Assembly: GCF_004010195.1 (NCBI RefSeq)
Contig: NC_057720.1
Location: 11,025,181-11,089,180, forward strand
Length of the DNA: 64,000 nt
Source of the DNA: Chiloscyllium plagiosum
Lineage: Eukaryota
Reading direction: 5' to 3'
Shown one piece after another: positions 12,675-23,699 of the stretch (its first letter is position 1; the number at the start of each line of letters is the position of its first letter). The notes under the pieces were generated by a model. It saw nothing but the letters and a program-made list of their open reading frames with translations. It was not told where the DNA came from and made no database searches. Both the position numbers and the translations under genes were made by a program.

Positions 12675-12960
12675 GTATTTTGAGTAAGTTGGGCCTGTAA
12701 TCTTGGGTAAAACGGGAGGTGATCAGGGGACTTCACAGGGTAGATGTGGACAGACTGTTTCCCCCTTGTGAGGGAGTCTAGGATCAGAGGGCATAATCTC
12801 AAAATGAAGAGTCACATATTTAAGACAAAGATGAGGAGGAATTTCTTCTGTCTGATGGTAGGGAACACTTAACCACAGAGGGCTATCTAGGCTGGATAAT
12901 TAAAGGTTTTTAAGGCTGAGAGAGACAGATTTTTAATCAAAGGAGTCAAGGGGTCTGCAT
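12675..12960 (+). mobile_element. Decayed CR1 3' fragment
   Basis: gagtctaggatcagagggcataatctcaaaatga...gatgaggaggaatttcttct matches the CR1 ORF2 end. Confidence 0.7.
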
Positions 12961-13434
12961 TCAAGAAGGAATGCAATCCTCAAAACACGGGAAATTGCAA
13001 AGGCTTGGAATGCTCAGAAGTGAGCTGTGGATGATGGTAGATTCCTCCTACATTTAGTAGAGGCACAATCAAGGAGTAAATGTGAACAGTTAAAAATGAC
13101 TGATTTCTTCTAAACATGTTATTGGCTGTGTTTGAATTAAATAGTCCAGCCATATGCATACACACATATCTCGTTTCCCATCTGTAATGTTTGATCCTGT
13201 TTTTGTAGGAATTCCTGCCGAATAAGCTGAAAGATAACGTACATAGGAGAGGATGGTTTCAGGTTAGCAAAATGTTAACTCTGTTTTTCTCTCAGCAGCT
13301 GCTGTCAGACCTGCTGTGTTTCCCCAGAACTCTCTGTTTTTGTTTCAGTTTGCCAGCATCCACCAGTTCATTGTGTGTATTTTAGTAAGTTTAAATTCCC
13401 TCCTTTATTTATGTTCCTCTGTTGCTATCTACTG

Positions 13435-13612
13435 TGATGTGGAGGTGCCGGTGTTGGACTGGGGTGGACAAAGTTAATAATCACACAACACCAGGTTGTA
13501 GCCCACCAGGTTTATTTGGAAGCTAGCTACTTGACAAAGGAGCAGCGCTCCGAAAGCTTGAACTTCCAGATAAACCTGTTATACGATAACGTGGTGTTGT
13601 GTGATTTTTAAC
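13435..13612. mobile_element. PLE-derived fold-back (family B)
   Basis: ggaggtgccggtgttggactgggg...aatcacacaacaccagg arm and its inverse, around UUGACAA-A-GGAGC(AGC)GCUCC-GAAA-GC-UU at 13531-13559. Confidence 0.75.
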
Positions 13613-13727
13613 GCTTTCTACCTGTACTGTGTTTGTGTTTATCTACTGCCCTCTTCTGGTGTCTCTCTGTCACCGAATACGCCTTCACCTTTTTCTCCCT
13701 CTGATTTGAAGAGAGGACAAGTACCTG

Positions 13728-13806
13728 AGGAAGAGAGGTTGGCAACGTCAGGAAGAGAGGTTGGTAACATCAGGAAAAGAGGTTGGTAACTTCAGGAAGA
13801 GAGGTT
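13728..13806 (+). repeat. 22-bp tandem repeat, ~3.6 copies (aggaagagaggttggtaacNtc)
   Basis: Units start at 13728, 13750, 13772 and 13794. Confidence 0.9.
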
Positions 13807-14465
13807 AGTTGAGCAGCTGTTAGGTGGAAGCAGTGTCGAGACAGAAGGGGCAGGAGATATGTGTTCACACAACATAGGGCAAAACTAACAAAAACGGTGA
13901 GCTCAGGACGAGAGCAAAGGGCAGTCATCAAACCATAAGATGTGGGGTCAGAAGTAGACCGTTCAGCCCATTTAGTCCATCCCACTATTCAATGAGATCA
14001 TGGCTGATCTGATAAACCTCAACTCCACTTTCCAGCCTTTCCTCATAACCTTTGATTCCCTTACTGATTAGAAGTCAGTCTATCTCAGCCTTGAATATAC
14101 TGAATAACCCGCGTTGATAGCGCTCTGCAGTCAAGAATCCCACAGATTCACTACCCTTTTAAGAAAAAACATTCCTCCTCACCAATGTCTTCAATAGATG
14201 ATCCCTTACTTTCAGGGTTGAGGGGTTTCACACTCACAACCCCACAATCTAGACAGACACACACACACACAGACACAAAGACCCACATGCACACATATAC
14301 ATATATTTTGTGCAGTGAATTTGTACTTGCAGAGTTACATTGTACTTTGCTCAAAAACGGCATGAATTCATGTAAAACTCTGTTATCTCACTTTTTAGAT
14401 TGGAATCAATCTAAACATCATGTCATTGACAGAGAACACAGGGGGCTAACACCTTCAACATATTG

Positions 14466-14601
14466 GGTAAAAACAATGACTGCAGATGCTGGAAACCAGA
14501 TTCTGGATCAGTGGTGCTGGAAGAGCACAGCAATTCAGGCAGCATCCGAGGACTCGGATGCTGCCTGAATTGCTGTGCTCTTCCAGCACCACTGATCCAG
14601 A
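14466..14601. mobile_element. PLE family A' fold-back with perfect 50-bp arms and 15-bp TSD
   Basis: Palindrome 14501-14602 with a 2-nt centre; TSD accttcaacatattg at 14451-14465 and 14602-14616. Confidence 0.9.
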
Positions 14602-14834
14602 ACCTTCAACATATTGTCTAGCTAACACCCATTGTTACAGTTAACCTGAGAATGCAAGTTTTAAAAAAAGGTTTTGTGATTTACACATGAAAGAAGTGAA
14701 ACTATCATGGTATTCAAACAGATGAAAGACTCAACAGACTATCAAGGTATTTTTCAATATATAATTTCAGTTACATCACACTGTAAATTTTTGCTATAAA
14801 TTCTGTGCCTTACAATTGTGTCCTCCACAATCAC

Positions 14835-14863
14835 CTGATGAAGGAGCTTCGCTCCGAAAGCTA
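14835..14863 (+). ncRNA. Minimal type I hammerhead ribozyme (family B)
   Basis: CAC-CUGAUGA-A-GGAGC(UUC)GCUCC-GAAA-GC-UA-GUG; stem I is CAC/GUG. Confidence 0.82.
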
Positions 14864-15976
14864 GTGTGCTTCCAATTAAACCTGTTGGACTATAACCTGA
14901 TGTTGTGCGATTTTTAATTTTGTGTTTTGAAGATTACCTCAGGGTTCAATATAACACAGAGAGTGTGACCACTCAGATTCTGCATGAGGTCAGTTGCCAC
15001 AAAGGAGGGTGGAATTGATAGCTGAGGAATGGAGTTTGTAGCAGGCATGGAAAGCAGTGACCACAATGATTTCTGTTTCCACCTGGAGATCTTCAGGGAT
15101 CTATTCTTGGCCCTCTCAACGAGGGACACACAAACTGACCTCTACCCTCCCCACTCGCAGCTCAACATTGGCCACAATGTGCCAACTTGCTCCAATCCAA
15201 CTCTGGGAATGCCGACACCACTGTTTACGAGTATTGATCCCAAAAGCCCCTTCCCACACCACTGTCTCCATTCTCACCCTCGGCATGGTCAGAAGTTGAA
15301 GCACATTCCCTCAGTTTGCCACCTTATTTGAAGTGTCAGGTCAAATCTCCATACCATCCACAAGACTGTCCATCTCTGTAAATCTCAGTTTTCTCAGCCC
15401 TTACATCAGCTCATCAACAGTTGAAGTCCTCATCACACCCTTCCTGCTCTTTGAGATTTGACTCAGTACAACACTTAACGCCTTCAACATATTATCTAGC
15501 TAACACCAAAATTGTTACAGTTAACCTGAGAATGCAAGTTTTAAAAAAAAGGTTTTGTGATTTACACATGAAAAAAGTGAAACAATCATGGTATTCGAAC
15601 AGATGAAAGACTCAACAGACAATCAAGGTATTTTTCAATGTATAATTTCAGTTACATCACACTGTAAGGTGCTACACATGGGCACAGAGGGATTCAAACT
15701 CAAGCAAGCCAAAACCTAAAATGCCAGGCTGGACCAGAGAAGGGGTGAAGTTTAGATTGGCACAGTTAACAGGTGATGGGGAGGGCAGTGTTGGCATGGT
15801 CAGATTTGGAAACATTTGCTACTTAGAAGCATGGAAAATAGGAGAGGGAGTAGGTCATTCAGCCCTTCCAGCCTGCTCCAACATTCAATATAATCACAGC
15901 TGGTGATTCAACGAAAACTGAAAATGCTGCAAAAGCTCAGCAGGTCTGGCAGCACCTGTGGAGAGAAATCAGAGTT

Positions 15977-16006
15977 AACGTTTCGGGTCCAGTGACCCTT
16001 CCTCAG
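15977..16006 (-). ncRNA. Minimal type I hammerhead core (family C) in pLTR stub 15912-16008
   Basis: CUGAGGA-A-GGGUC(ACUG)GACCC-GAAA-CG-UU-AAC on the minus strand. Confidence 0.8.
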
Positions 16007-16194
16007 AATCCAACTCAGTCCCCCGTTCCCGTTTTCTCTTCATATCCCTAAAATCTCCTTCTTGAAACAATTCAAAATTTCGGCCTGGACCACTTTCTGT
16101 TCCTGGCTGGACCCGGGGTTTGTGCTGAGATTCCCAGATTTGGAAAAGACTGACATCAGAGTGAAGAGAATTCCTTATTTAAAACAGAGATGCT

Positions 16195-16320
16195 AACGGG
16201 CAGGAATCAGGGGCGTGTTTGGGGGTTGCTACCCCAGGATCCTGGAGCGACATGTGAGTCATGTGATCCGAGACAGTATTTAACCTGACTTCAAGCCAGA
16301 AGGAGGAGGGAAGGGAAGTG
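16195..16320 (+). promoter_or_regulatory. Putative promoter of the ST6GALNAC3-like gene
   Basis: Unique sequence with GGGGCGTG (SP/KLF-like, ~16210), overlapping TGAGTCA (AP-1) and TCATGTGA (E/M-box) at ~16255-16266, and TATTTAA at 16277-16283. It lies upstream of exon 1 and a CpG-enriched stretch (~16480-16740). Confidence 0.55.
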
Positions 16321-16491
16321 AAGTGACAGCGCTTTTGGGTAAGGAGGGAACAAAATGCTAACAGATTTCAGCTCTATCATCTCGCCAGTTGTTCAAGCAG
16401 CAGCAGCAGTGAGCTCAATTCACAGCTTTGGGATCTCTGGGTTGGAATTGTGGCTGGAGGGGAGAGATATCCTTCTCTCCGATGTTGTGCA

Positions 16492-16509
16492 ATGTCCCGT
16501 TTCGACAAG
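16492..16509 (+). CDS. ST6GALNAC3: Coding part of exon 1 (MSRFDK) of an ST6GALNAC3-like alpha-2,6-sialyltransferase
   Basis: gcaATG TCC CGT TTC GAC AAG|gtaaaa: 18 nt with a phase-0 donor, in a CpG-rich promoter context. It mirrors the 6-codon first exon (MACILK) recalled for human ST6GALNAC3 and splices in frame to 56991. Confidence 0.7.
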
Positions 16510-17057
16510 GTAAAATCATTGTGTCTGTGAGTCGTTTACGCTTGAGCAGCCCGGGAGACTGAAGCCTCTTCGTTCAACTCTCGCCGTAACTTGGCGACTG
16601 GTTGCTCATCGATTCTGCGCGGCTTCTTTCCTCCCATCCGAGCCGGCTTCTCCCTCCGATACAGCAGCTGTGAGAGAGCAGAAAGGGCCATTGCCTTGCA
16701 ATGCAGGGAGGCCCCCGTTGTCGGGCTGTTTTGCTGGGGCTGAATCCTTTCAAAGAAATTGTTTTGTGTCTGTCTCACAAGGGGAAGGGGTAGGCAGGAA
16801 TCCAGCATTGTGCTTTCACCTCCAGAGTTTGACTGTCTGCATCTGGCTGCAGTTAACTTTTAGTGCAGACTTTAAAAACCAGGAAAACTTGATTCACATA
16901 GATCTGCCTGGTTTTAAACACTTCAGAACACTTCGTGCCCCAGTGGAACTGTTTTTCTGCTGGTGCAACGGGTTCGTATTTTGTTTCAGGCTTCCCTCGA
17001 GCAAATCTGAAAGTTTTGTGCTATTTCAATCGCTACATTAATTTGTTTCCCTTTATC

Positions 17058-17480
17058 GTAGACCATAAGAGAAAGGAACAGAAATAGGCCATTCAGCCCG
17101 TTGAGTCTGCCCCATCATTCAATCATGGCTGATATATTTCTCCTCCCCATTCCCCTGCTTTCTCCCTGTAATCCTTGATCCCCTTAATGACCAAGAGCCA
17201 ATTTTTCTCTCTTTTAAATACACACTCAAATGATTTGACCTCCGCAGCCCTCTGTGGCAGAGTCCTGCAGAATTTGCCACCCTCAGGCTGAAGAAATTCA
17301 TCCTCATCTCAGTTCTGAGGGGTCGTCCCTTCCCTCTGAAGCTGTCCCCTCTTGGTCCTAGTCTCTCCTACCAGTGGAAACATCTTCCCCAAGCCCAATT
17401 TGGGTCTCTCAGTACTCGTAAGTTTCAATCCTCTGTTCAAATTCCAACGAGTACAGACCCAGAGCCTTAACCACTCCGCC
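17058..17480 (-). mobile_element. CR1 3' fragment
   Basis: Minus-strand remnants MFPLVGETRT... and MRMNFFSLRV..., plus CR1 3' UTR. Confidence 0.8.
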
Positions 17481-17904
17481 ATTGTCGCCATGTTAATGTT
17501 TCCAGTCAAGCGTTTGCTTTGGGCCCGTTGTATCAATGTAGGTGGTCTACAACAAATTGTTGGTCATCATCACTCCTCGAAACTTGATGCTCTCTACCTT
17601 TGACCTCCACCCTCCATCTTGCTTCATAGAGCATTAGAACATAGAACAGTACAGCACAATACCAAGCATTTATCTTGACCAAGATCAACCTAACTTGCAC
17701 ACCCTTCAATTTACTGCTGCCCATATGCTTGTCCACGTCGCTTAACTGTCCCTAATGTTTCTGACTCTACTACCACTGCTGGTAGTGCATTCCACACATC
17801 CACCATTCTGTGTAGAGAACCTACCTCTGACATCTCCACTCTACCTTCTTCCAATCACCTTAAAATTATGACCCCTCTTTACAGCCATTTCTGCCCTGGG
17901 GAAA

Positions 17905-18235
17905 GTTCCAGGATGAGTGTGGGGTCAGGGAGATGGTATCTGCTGTGGACCTGTTGTGCTGGTAGGCGATTTGCAAGGGATCAAGGCATTCCTGGAGACT
18001 GGAGTTGATATGAGCCTTGACTAACCTCTCAAAGCACTTCAGAATGATGGAGATCACAGCCAATGGGTGGCAATCATTGAGGCATGCTGCATGAGGTTTC
18101 TTTGGTATCAGGATAATGATGATTGTCTTCAGATCGTAGTAAGGAGAGGCTAAAGGTGTCAGTGAATACTCCCACCAATCGTTCTACACAGAAACTGCGT
18201 GCACGGCAAAGGACTCCATCTGGGCCCATCACTTC
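17905..18235 (-). mobile_element. Rex/Babar-type LINE RT fragment
   Basis: VISIILKCFERLVKAHINSSLQECLDPLQIAYQHNRSTADTISL resembles Rex1 RT (MKCFERLV...LDPLQFAYR.NRST.DAI). Confidence 0.8.
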
Positions 18236-19399
18236 TCTTGCTGTTGCCGAGTTTCATGATGACACTCTCTCTTAGTTCACACTAACATGGCTTTTCTTAG
18301 CACTTGTCAATTGCTGGAGGCTTTTGATGAGTGAAGGGCAATTTTGAATGAGTTTGTGGAGGAATGTGGAATATGGGGAAGAGTATTGTCTGCCTCCCTC
18401 ATCATACATTTTGAAAGGAGAGACATTTCCAGGGATTGGTCTCCAGGGGAACATTGGTTTTATCTGGGAAAGTGGTGGTGAGATCAAATATTAGTCCTGA
18501 ATTTATTTGCCGGTGGGGCCATATGGAGGAGCTGTTGGCCTAGTGGTGTTATCGTGGGTCTATTAATCCAGAGATCTAGGTTCAAATCCCACCAAGGCCA
18601 ATGGTGAGGTTTGTATATAATAATTTTTTAAAATCTGGAATTAAAGAGTCTAATGATGGCCATGAATCCCTAGTTAATCATCAAGAAAAACCTATCTGGG
18701 TCTCCAGGGAAGGAAACTGCCATCCTTACCTGATCTGACTGACATGTGATTCCAGACCCACAGTATAAGTGCTGACTCTTAACTGCCGTCTAGGTAATTA
18801 GGGATGGGCAATAAAATATCACTAGCCAGTGACTTCCTCATCCCATGAATGGATAACAAAAAAAAGCTGTAAAGAGCTGAATTCCTTGTATCCTTGTCGG
18901 ACTGACTGAGCTGGTGTATTACACAGGTCTCGATTCCGTATGGGATACAATCAGTTTTTGATTTCGAGAGGAGGTATCTCTGACCTGAGGACATAGAAAA
19001 GCGATTAGAAACAGTTAAAATAGGCCATTCAGCCCTTCCAGCCTGCTTCAGCATTCAATATGACCAGGGTTAATCATCCCTATTTGCCCCTTTCTCTCCA
19101 TAGTCTTTGATCCCTTTAATCCTAAGAACTATATCTAACTCCTTCTTTGATGTTTTGGCCTCACCTCCTTTCTGTGCCAGAGAATTCCACAGGCACCCCA
19201 CCTTCTAGATGAAGAAATTTCTCTTTACCTCAGTCCTAAATCCCTACCCACCTCTCCAACCTGGTGTGACCCAAATCTGTCACTTTTTTTGCTTCAAGTT
19301 CCCCACCACAATGATGACCTTTCGTCAGAACTGATAAATGTTAATGATAAAAGGTAACATTGCCATAGACTTACTGGATCACTGGGCTACTCTCTCTCA

Positions 19400-19404
<5 letters not shown>

Positions 19405-19431
<27 letters not shown>
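19405..19431. repeat. (GA)n microsatellite
   Basis: Direct read. Confidence 0.95.
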
Positions 19432-19432
<1 letters not shown>

Positions 19433-19729
19433 ACTGGAGGTGGTTTAATCTGGGGGGGGGGGGGTGCACCATACCTTGGGGGAGGGGAGAGGTTGAAAAG
19501 GAATGACTTTATGGTAACCTCAGCCAATGCATTAAGTAAGCAAAGACAGATGAAAGGGAGTGGGGGAATGGCAGTAGGGAAAAAAGAAGTGTGTTGATTG
19601 GAGTGATTCAGTAACAAAAGGGATTCAGCTACAGCGGAGATTAGGGAGTGGTAAAGCCGCAAAAAACAAAGCGTTCCAGAAAAGAAGTGAATCCAGAATA
19701 CCCAGGAGGAAAGCCAAGAACAAGAGATG

Positions 19730-20072
19730 AGGTGGAAACAAAAACAGTAGTTGCTGGAAAAGCACAACAGGTCTGGTAGCATCTGTGAAAAAAAGATTAT
19801 GAAGTCCTGAAGAAGGCTTATGTCCGAAACGTTGATTCTCTTGCCCCTCAGATGCTGCCTGACCTGCTGTGCCTTTTCCAGCACCACGCGTGACCAACTC
19901 TGTGAAAAGAAATCAGAGTTAACGTTTCGGAACTGTTTCTGAGGAAGGGTCAGCAGGACCTGAAACGTTAACTCTGATATCTCTTCACAGATGCTGCCAG
20001 AGCTGCTGGGCCTTTCCAGCAACTTCTGTTTTTGTTTCTGAGTTACAGCATCCGCAGTTCTTTCGGTTTTTG
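19730..20072. mobile_element. Family C fold-back with nested family A stub (~19805-19898)
   Basis: Inverted arms aaacaaaaacag..gttgctggaaaag / ctttccagcaacttctgtttttgttt; tctgtgaaaa is duplicated around the nested piece. Confidence 0.75.
19939..19969 (+). ncRNA. Minimal hammerhead core (family C)
   Basis: CUGAGGA-A-GGGUC(AGCAG)GACCU-GAAA-CG-UU-AAC. Confidence 0.7.
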
Positions 20073-20314
20073 GATAATCTGGAAAGTTGTTGAACCTGTG
20101 GAGAGACTGTTTGTTTTTGCCTGAATTCTTTGTTGACCAGAGCTGAAACTGAAAACAGTAAATCCATGTGTGCAGCATCTGTGCCAGTGCTGAGCCTGAA
20201 ATATTTCAGCTCCCCTGTACAACAGGGCCGTTTGTCTGTCCTGGGAGGAGATTGCAGTCCATGGCCACGTTCTGGCCGTCTTGTATTTAACTGCAGTATT
20301 AACTGATAGTCTGA

Positions 20315-20742
20315 TGATATGGAGATGCCGGTATTGGACTGGGGTGAAAATGTGTTGCTGGAAAAGCGCAGCAGGTCAGGCAGCATCCAAGGAACAGAAG
20401 AATCGACGTTTCGGGCATAAGCCCTTCTTCCTGAAAAAGGGCTTATGCCCGAAACGTCGATTCTCCTGTTCCTTGGATGCTGCCTGACCTGCTGCGCTTT
20501 TCCAGCAACACATTTTCAGCTCTGATCTCCAGCATCTGCAGTCCTCACTTTCTCCATTGGACTGGGGTGGACAAAGTTAAAAATCACACAACCAGGTTGT
20601 AGTCCAACTGGTTTATTTGGAAGCACTAGCTTTTGGAGCGCTGCTGAGTCATCAGGTGGTTGTGGAGGTTTCGGAGCGGCGCCGAAAGCTGTTGCTTCCA
20701 AATAAATCTGTTGGACTATAACCTGGTGTTGTGATTTTTTTT
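20315..20742. mobile_element. Family B fold-back with nested family A fold-back (20347-20555, 14-bp TSD)
   Basis: TSD attggactggggtg at 20333-20346 and 20556-20569. The inner element is a near-perfect palindrome centred on two damaged hammerhead cores. Confidence 0.88.
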
Positions 20743-20925
20743 TTAACCTGATTGTCTGAGAACAGGATTGCATATCTATTGTCAAGCAGTGAACTGGCGA
20801 TTTTCTGTAAAGTGGGTTCTGTGATTGGGATTGCTGCCAATGGTGTTTATAAAGTCCTTAAGCTAATGGAAATGACGTAACGTATCATGAGTGCAATCTG
20901 ACAAGCTCCACTTTCCTAACTGAGA

Positions 20926-21102
20926 AGGCAGGCCAGGCCTCAGCTTAACATTTCATTCCAATGGTAACACCACCCAACGGTGCAACTCTCCCTCGGTATT
21001 GCACTGAAAGCGTCAGCCTAGAGTTTACACTCCAGTCTGAGCAGCAGGACTTAAACCACAAAACTCCTGGTTCAGAGGAAACAGCGCTCCCCACTGAGCC
21101 AC
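20926..21102 (-). mobile_element. Deu-domain SINE (SacSINE1-like) 5' fragment
   Basis: Minus strand gtggctcagtgggg...ctctgaaccagg...ggtttaagtcc...ctaggctgacgctttcagtgcaataccgaggga. Other fragments at ~57715-57870(+), 59178-59525(-) and 60578-60860(-). Confidence 0.65.
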
Positions 21103-21430
21103 ATTTGGCAAACATATGCTTCCTGATTATAAAAACTGATTCAGAATTTCCAAACCCGTGTCTTACATTCTTGAGCTCATGATAGCAGGATACAATACAT
21201 GTGGGTTTTGGTCAGGTGCTCACATGGTAAAAGTAAAATTAAAGGGATGAACTATGAATATGCATTAGCACATAATTAAAATAAATTAGTTTAAGAGTGA
21301 TTTTTCATTTCCATTACCGAAAGGAAAATATTTAGTGCTATTGCGAATGAACAGAGTAGTGAGATTAAGAACAAAGAAAATTACAACACAGGAACAGACC
21401 TTTCAGCCCTCCAAGCCTGCGCTCTACCAC

Positions 21431-21459
21431 CTGATGAAGGACCGTTCCTCCGAAAGCTA
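21431..21459 (+). ncRNA. Hammerhead core (family B) with weakened stem II, in stub 21422-21551
   Basis: CAC-CUGAUGA-A-GGA(CCGUUCC)UCC-GAAA-GC-UA-GUG. Confidence 0.6.
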
Positions 21460-21857
21460 GTGTGCTTCCAATTAAACCTATTGGACTATAACCTGGTGTT
21501 GTGTGATTTTTAACTTTGTACACCCCAGTCCAACACCTGCATCTCCAAATCCTGACCCAGATCCTCTATCTAACCCTGTCGCCTATTTTCTAAGTATCCC
21601 TCTGCTCCTGCCCATTCATTCATTACATAGAACATAGAACAATACAGTGCAGTACAGGCCCTTCGACCCTCCATGTTGCGCCACCCTGGCATACTAATCT
21701 GAAGTCCATTCCACCTACACCATGTATGTCCGTATTCCTGTCCAATGACGACTTAAGTGCACTTAAACTTGGCAAATCTACTACAGTTGCAGGCAAAGCA
21801 TTCCATACCCTTAATACTCTCTGAGTAAAGAAACTACCTCTGACATCTGTCTTATAC

Positions 21858-21982
21858 TTTGAAAAGGTGACGAAGGAGGTTGATGAGGGGAAAGCGGTAG
21901 ATGTGGTATATATGGATTTTAGTAAGGCGTTTGATAAGGTTCCCCATGGTAGGCTACTGGCGCTGTATTGTTCTATGTTCTA
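21858..21982 (+). mobile_element. Internally deleted mini-CR1 nested in a minus-strand CR1 tail (~21626-22112)
   Basis: FEKVTKEVDEGKAVDVVYMDFSKAFDKVPHGRL is fused directly to the 3' terminus gcgctgtattgttctatgttcta; flanked by tatac. Confidence 0.8.
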
Positions 21983-23363
21983 TACCTATCTCCCCTCACT
22001 TTAAAGTTGTGTCCCCTCGTGTTTGCTGTCCCCATACTTGGAAAAAGGCTCTCCCTGTCCACCCTATCTAACCCTCCGATTATCTTGTATGTCTCTATTA
22101 AGTCACCTCTCAATGACTCTTTCAAAGAGCTGCTTCAGGCTTGATAGGCTGAATGGCCACCTTGTATGCTCTATTGTTCTTTGATTCTATGATCTTTCAT
22201 TCACTTATTTGATGCACAGATGGGCTCGCTTTCGACAATTAGAACTGTATAGAGGTAATGGTTCAAAACTCTGGGGAAGCTGTTTAGAACTGGTCTCACT
22301 GAGGTCCCTTGGGCTCACTGTCTATCTTTTTACATGTATCAGGATCAGGAAGGCATTATTTATTTATTTGCCTCCAAACTGGAAAATTATATGTTTGAGT
22401 CCAACTCCAGGACTTGCGGTTTAATTTAATCTGATTTAAAATGCTTAAAATGTCATCTTAATTCATTGTAATAACTTAGAAGGACCAGGAAAGGAAAATG
22501 GGATGAATTTCAATCTTAGGAGTTTGTAAAACTTCAGAAGAACATAAGAGAAAATCTCAGCAGATCAGGCAGCATCTGTTAGGAGAAAAAAGAGCTGACG
22601 TTTTGAGTCTAACTCACCTTTTGTCAAAGCTAAAAAAGGGGGAGAAATAGGAAGGTATTTATACTAGGCTGAGAGAAGGTGTGTCATCCAAGGCGCCAGA
22701 CACTCATTTCAGATTAAGCAGCGTTTCACTTGTACCTCTTTCAATTTGGTCTATTGCATTTGTTGCTCCCAGTGTGGTCTCCTCTATATCGGAGAGACAA
22801 AACGCCGACTGGGTGATCGCTTTGCTGAGCACCTTCGCAAAACGCCGACTGGGTGATCGCTTTGCTGAGCACCTTCGGTCTGTACGCAATCAGATCCCGG
22901 ACCTTCCTGTGGCTTGCCACTTCAACACACAATCCTGCTCCCATGCCCACATGTCTGTCCTTGGCCTGCTGCAATGTTCCAGTGAAGCTCAACGCAAACT
23001 GGAGGAACAGCAACTCATCTTCCAACTTGGCACGTTACAGCTTTCGATCTCAACATTGAATTCAACAACTTCAGATGATTGTCCCAGCTCGACCCCTCTG
23101 TTTTCATTCTGCTCCGTAATTTACTTGTATTTCATTTATTTTTATTGTTTCACTTTTCTGTACCTCTTATTTCTTGATTGTCTCTCTTTCTCTCTCTCCC
23201 CACTTTCTCATCACCTTTTTCCTCTCCTCTTTCCTTCTTTGCTACCCATCTCCCCTGTTTTCCACTTTGCCTCTGCTTCACCCATTCCCCACCCCCCCCA
23301 CATATTTTGTCACATCGCACTGACTTCAGCCTTGGTCATTCACAGCTCCTAATCTCCCTATAA

Positions 23364-23572
23364 ATCATGATTTGGAGATGCCGGTGTTGGACTGGGGTGT
23401 ACAAAGTTAAAAATCACACAACACCAGGTTATAGTCCAACAGGTTTAATTGGAAGCACACTAGCTTTCGGAGCAACGCTCCTTCATCTGATGAAGGAGCT
23501 TTGCTCCGAAAGCTAGTGTGCTTCTAATTAAACCTGTTGGACTATAATCTGGTGTTGTGTGATTTTTAACTT
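23364..23572. mobile_element. Family B fold-back nested in the family D element
   Basis: Palindromic arms; TSD taatctccct(a/g)taa at 23350-23363 and 23573-23586. Confidence 0.88.
23487..23515 (+). ncRNA. Minimal hammerhead core (family B)
   Basis: CAU-CUGAUGA-A-GGAGC(UUU)GCUCC-GAAA-GC-UA-GUG. Confidence 0.78.
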
Positions 23573-23699
23573 TAATCTCCCTGTAATCTCTCTATACACT
23601 GTCATTATCACCTCTTTATTGCTACCTTTCCTTCTGGAGCCATGACTCACCTTCTCTCAGCCCAGTATAAATACCTCCCTATTTCTCCCCCTTTTTTTA

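Larger units (their letters stand above)
14225..14920 (+). mobile_element. PLE family B pLTR (CA-rich tract, TATA, hammerhead) with nested family A' fold-back
   Basis: Same sequence as 15470-15667 and 62648-63072; TATAAA at 14795; hammerhead at 14835. Confidence 0.75.

Noticed and set aside
13728..13806. CRISPR-like array
   Set aside because: Head-to-tail repeats without spacers, in a vertebrate context with no cas genes.
16536..17041. ORFs in the CpG-rich region
   Set aside because: They lie at the start of intron 1; chance ORFs in GC-rich DNA with no homology recognised.
19387..20178. 263-aa minus-strand ORF
   Set aside because: Stitched from a microsatellite, nested PLE fold-backs and low-complexity DNA; no recognisable domain.
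20347..20555. Fold-backs as classical DNA-transposon MITEs or miRNA genes
   Set aside because: Long variable TSDs, asymmetric arms and identity to PLE pLTRs argue for a retro-origin; there is no evidence of miRNA processing from sequence alone.
22681..23352. 223-aa ORF as a host gene
   Set aside because: Frameshifted PLE GIY-YIG remnant plus pyrimidine-rich UTR.
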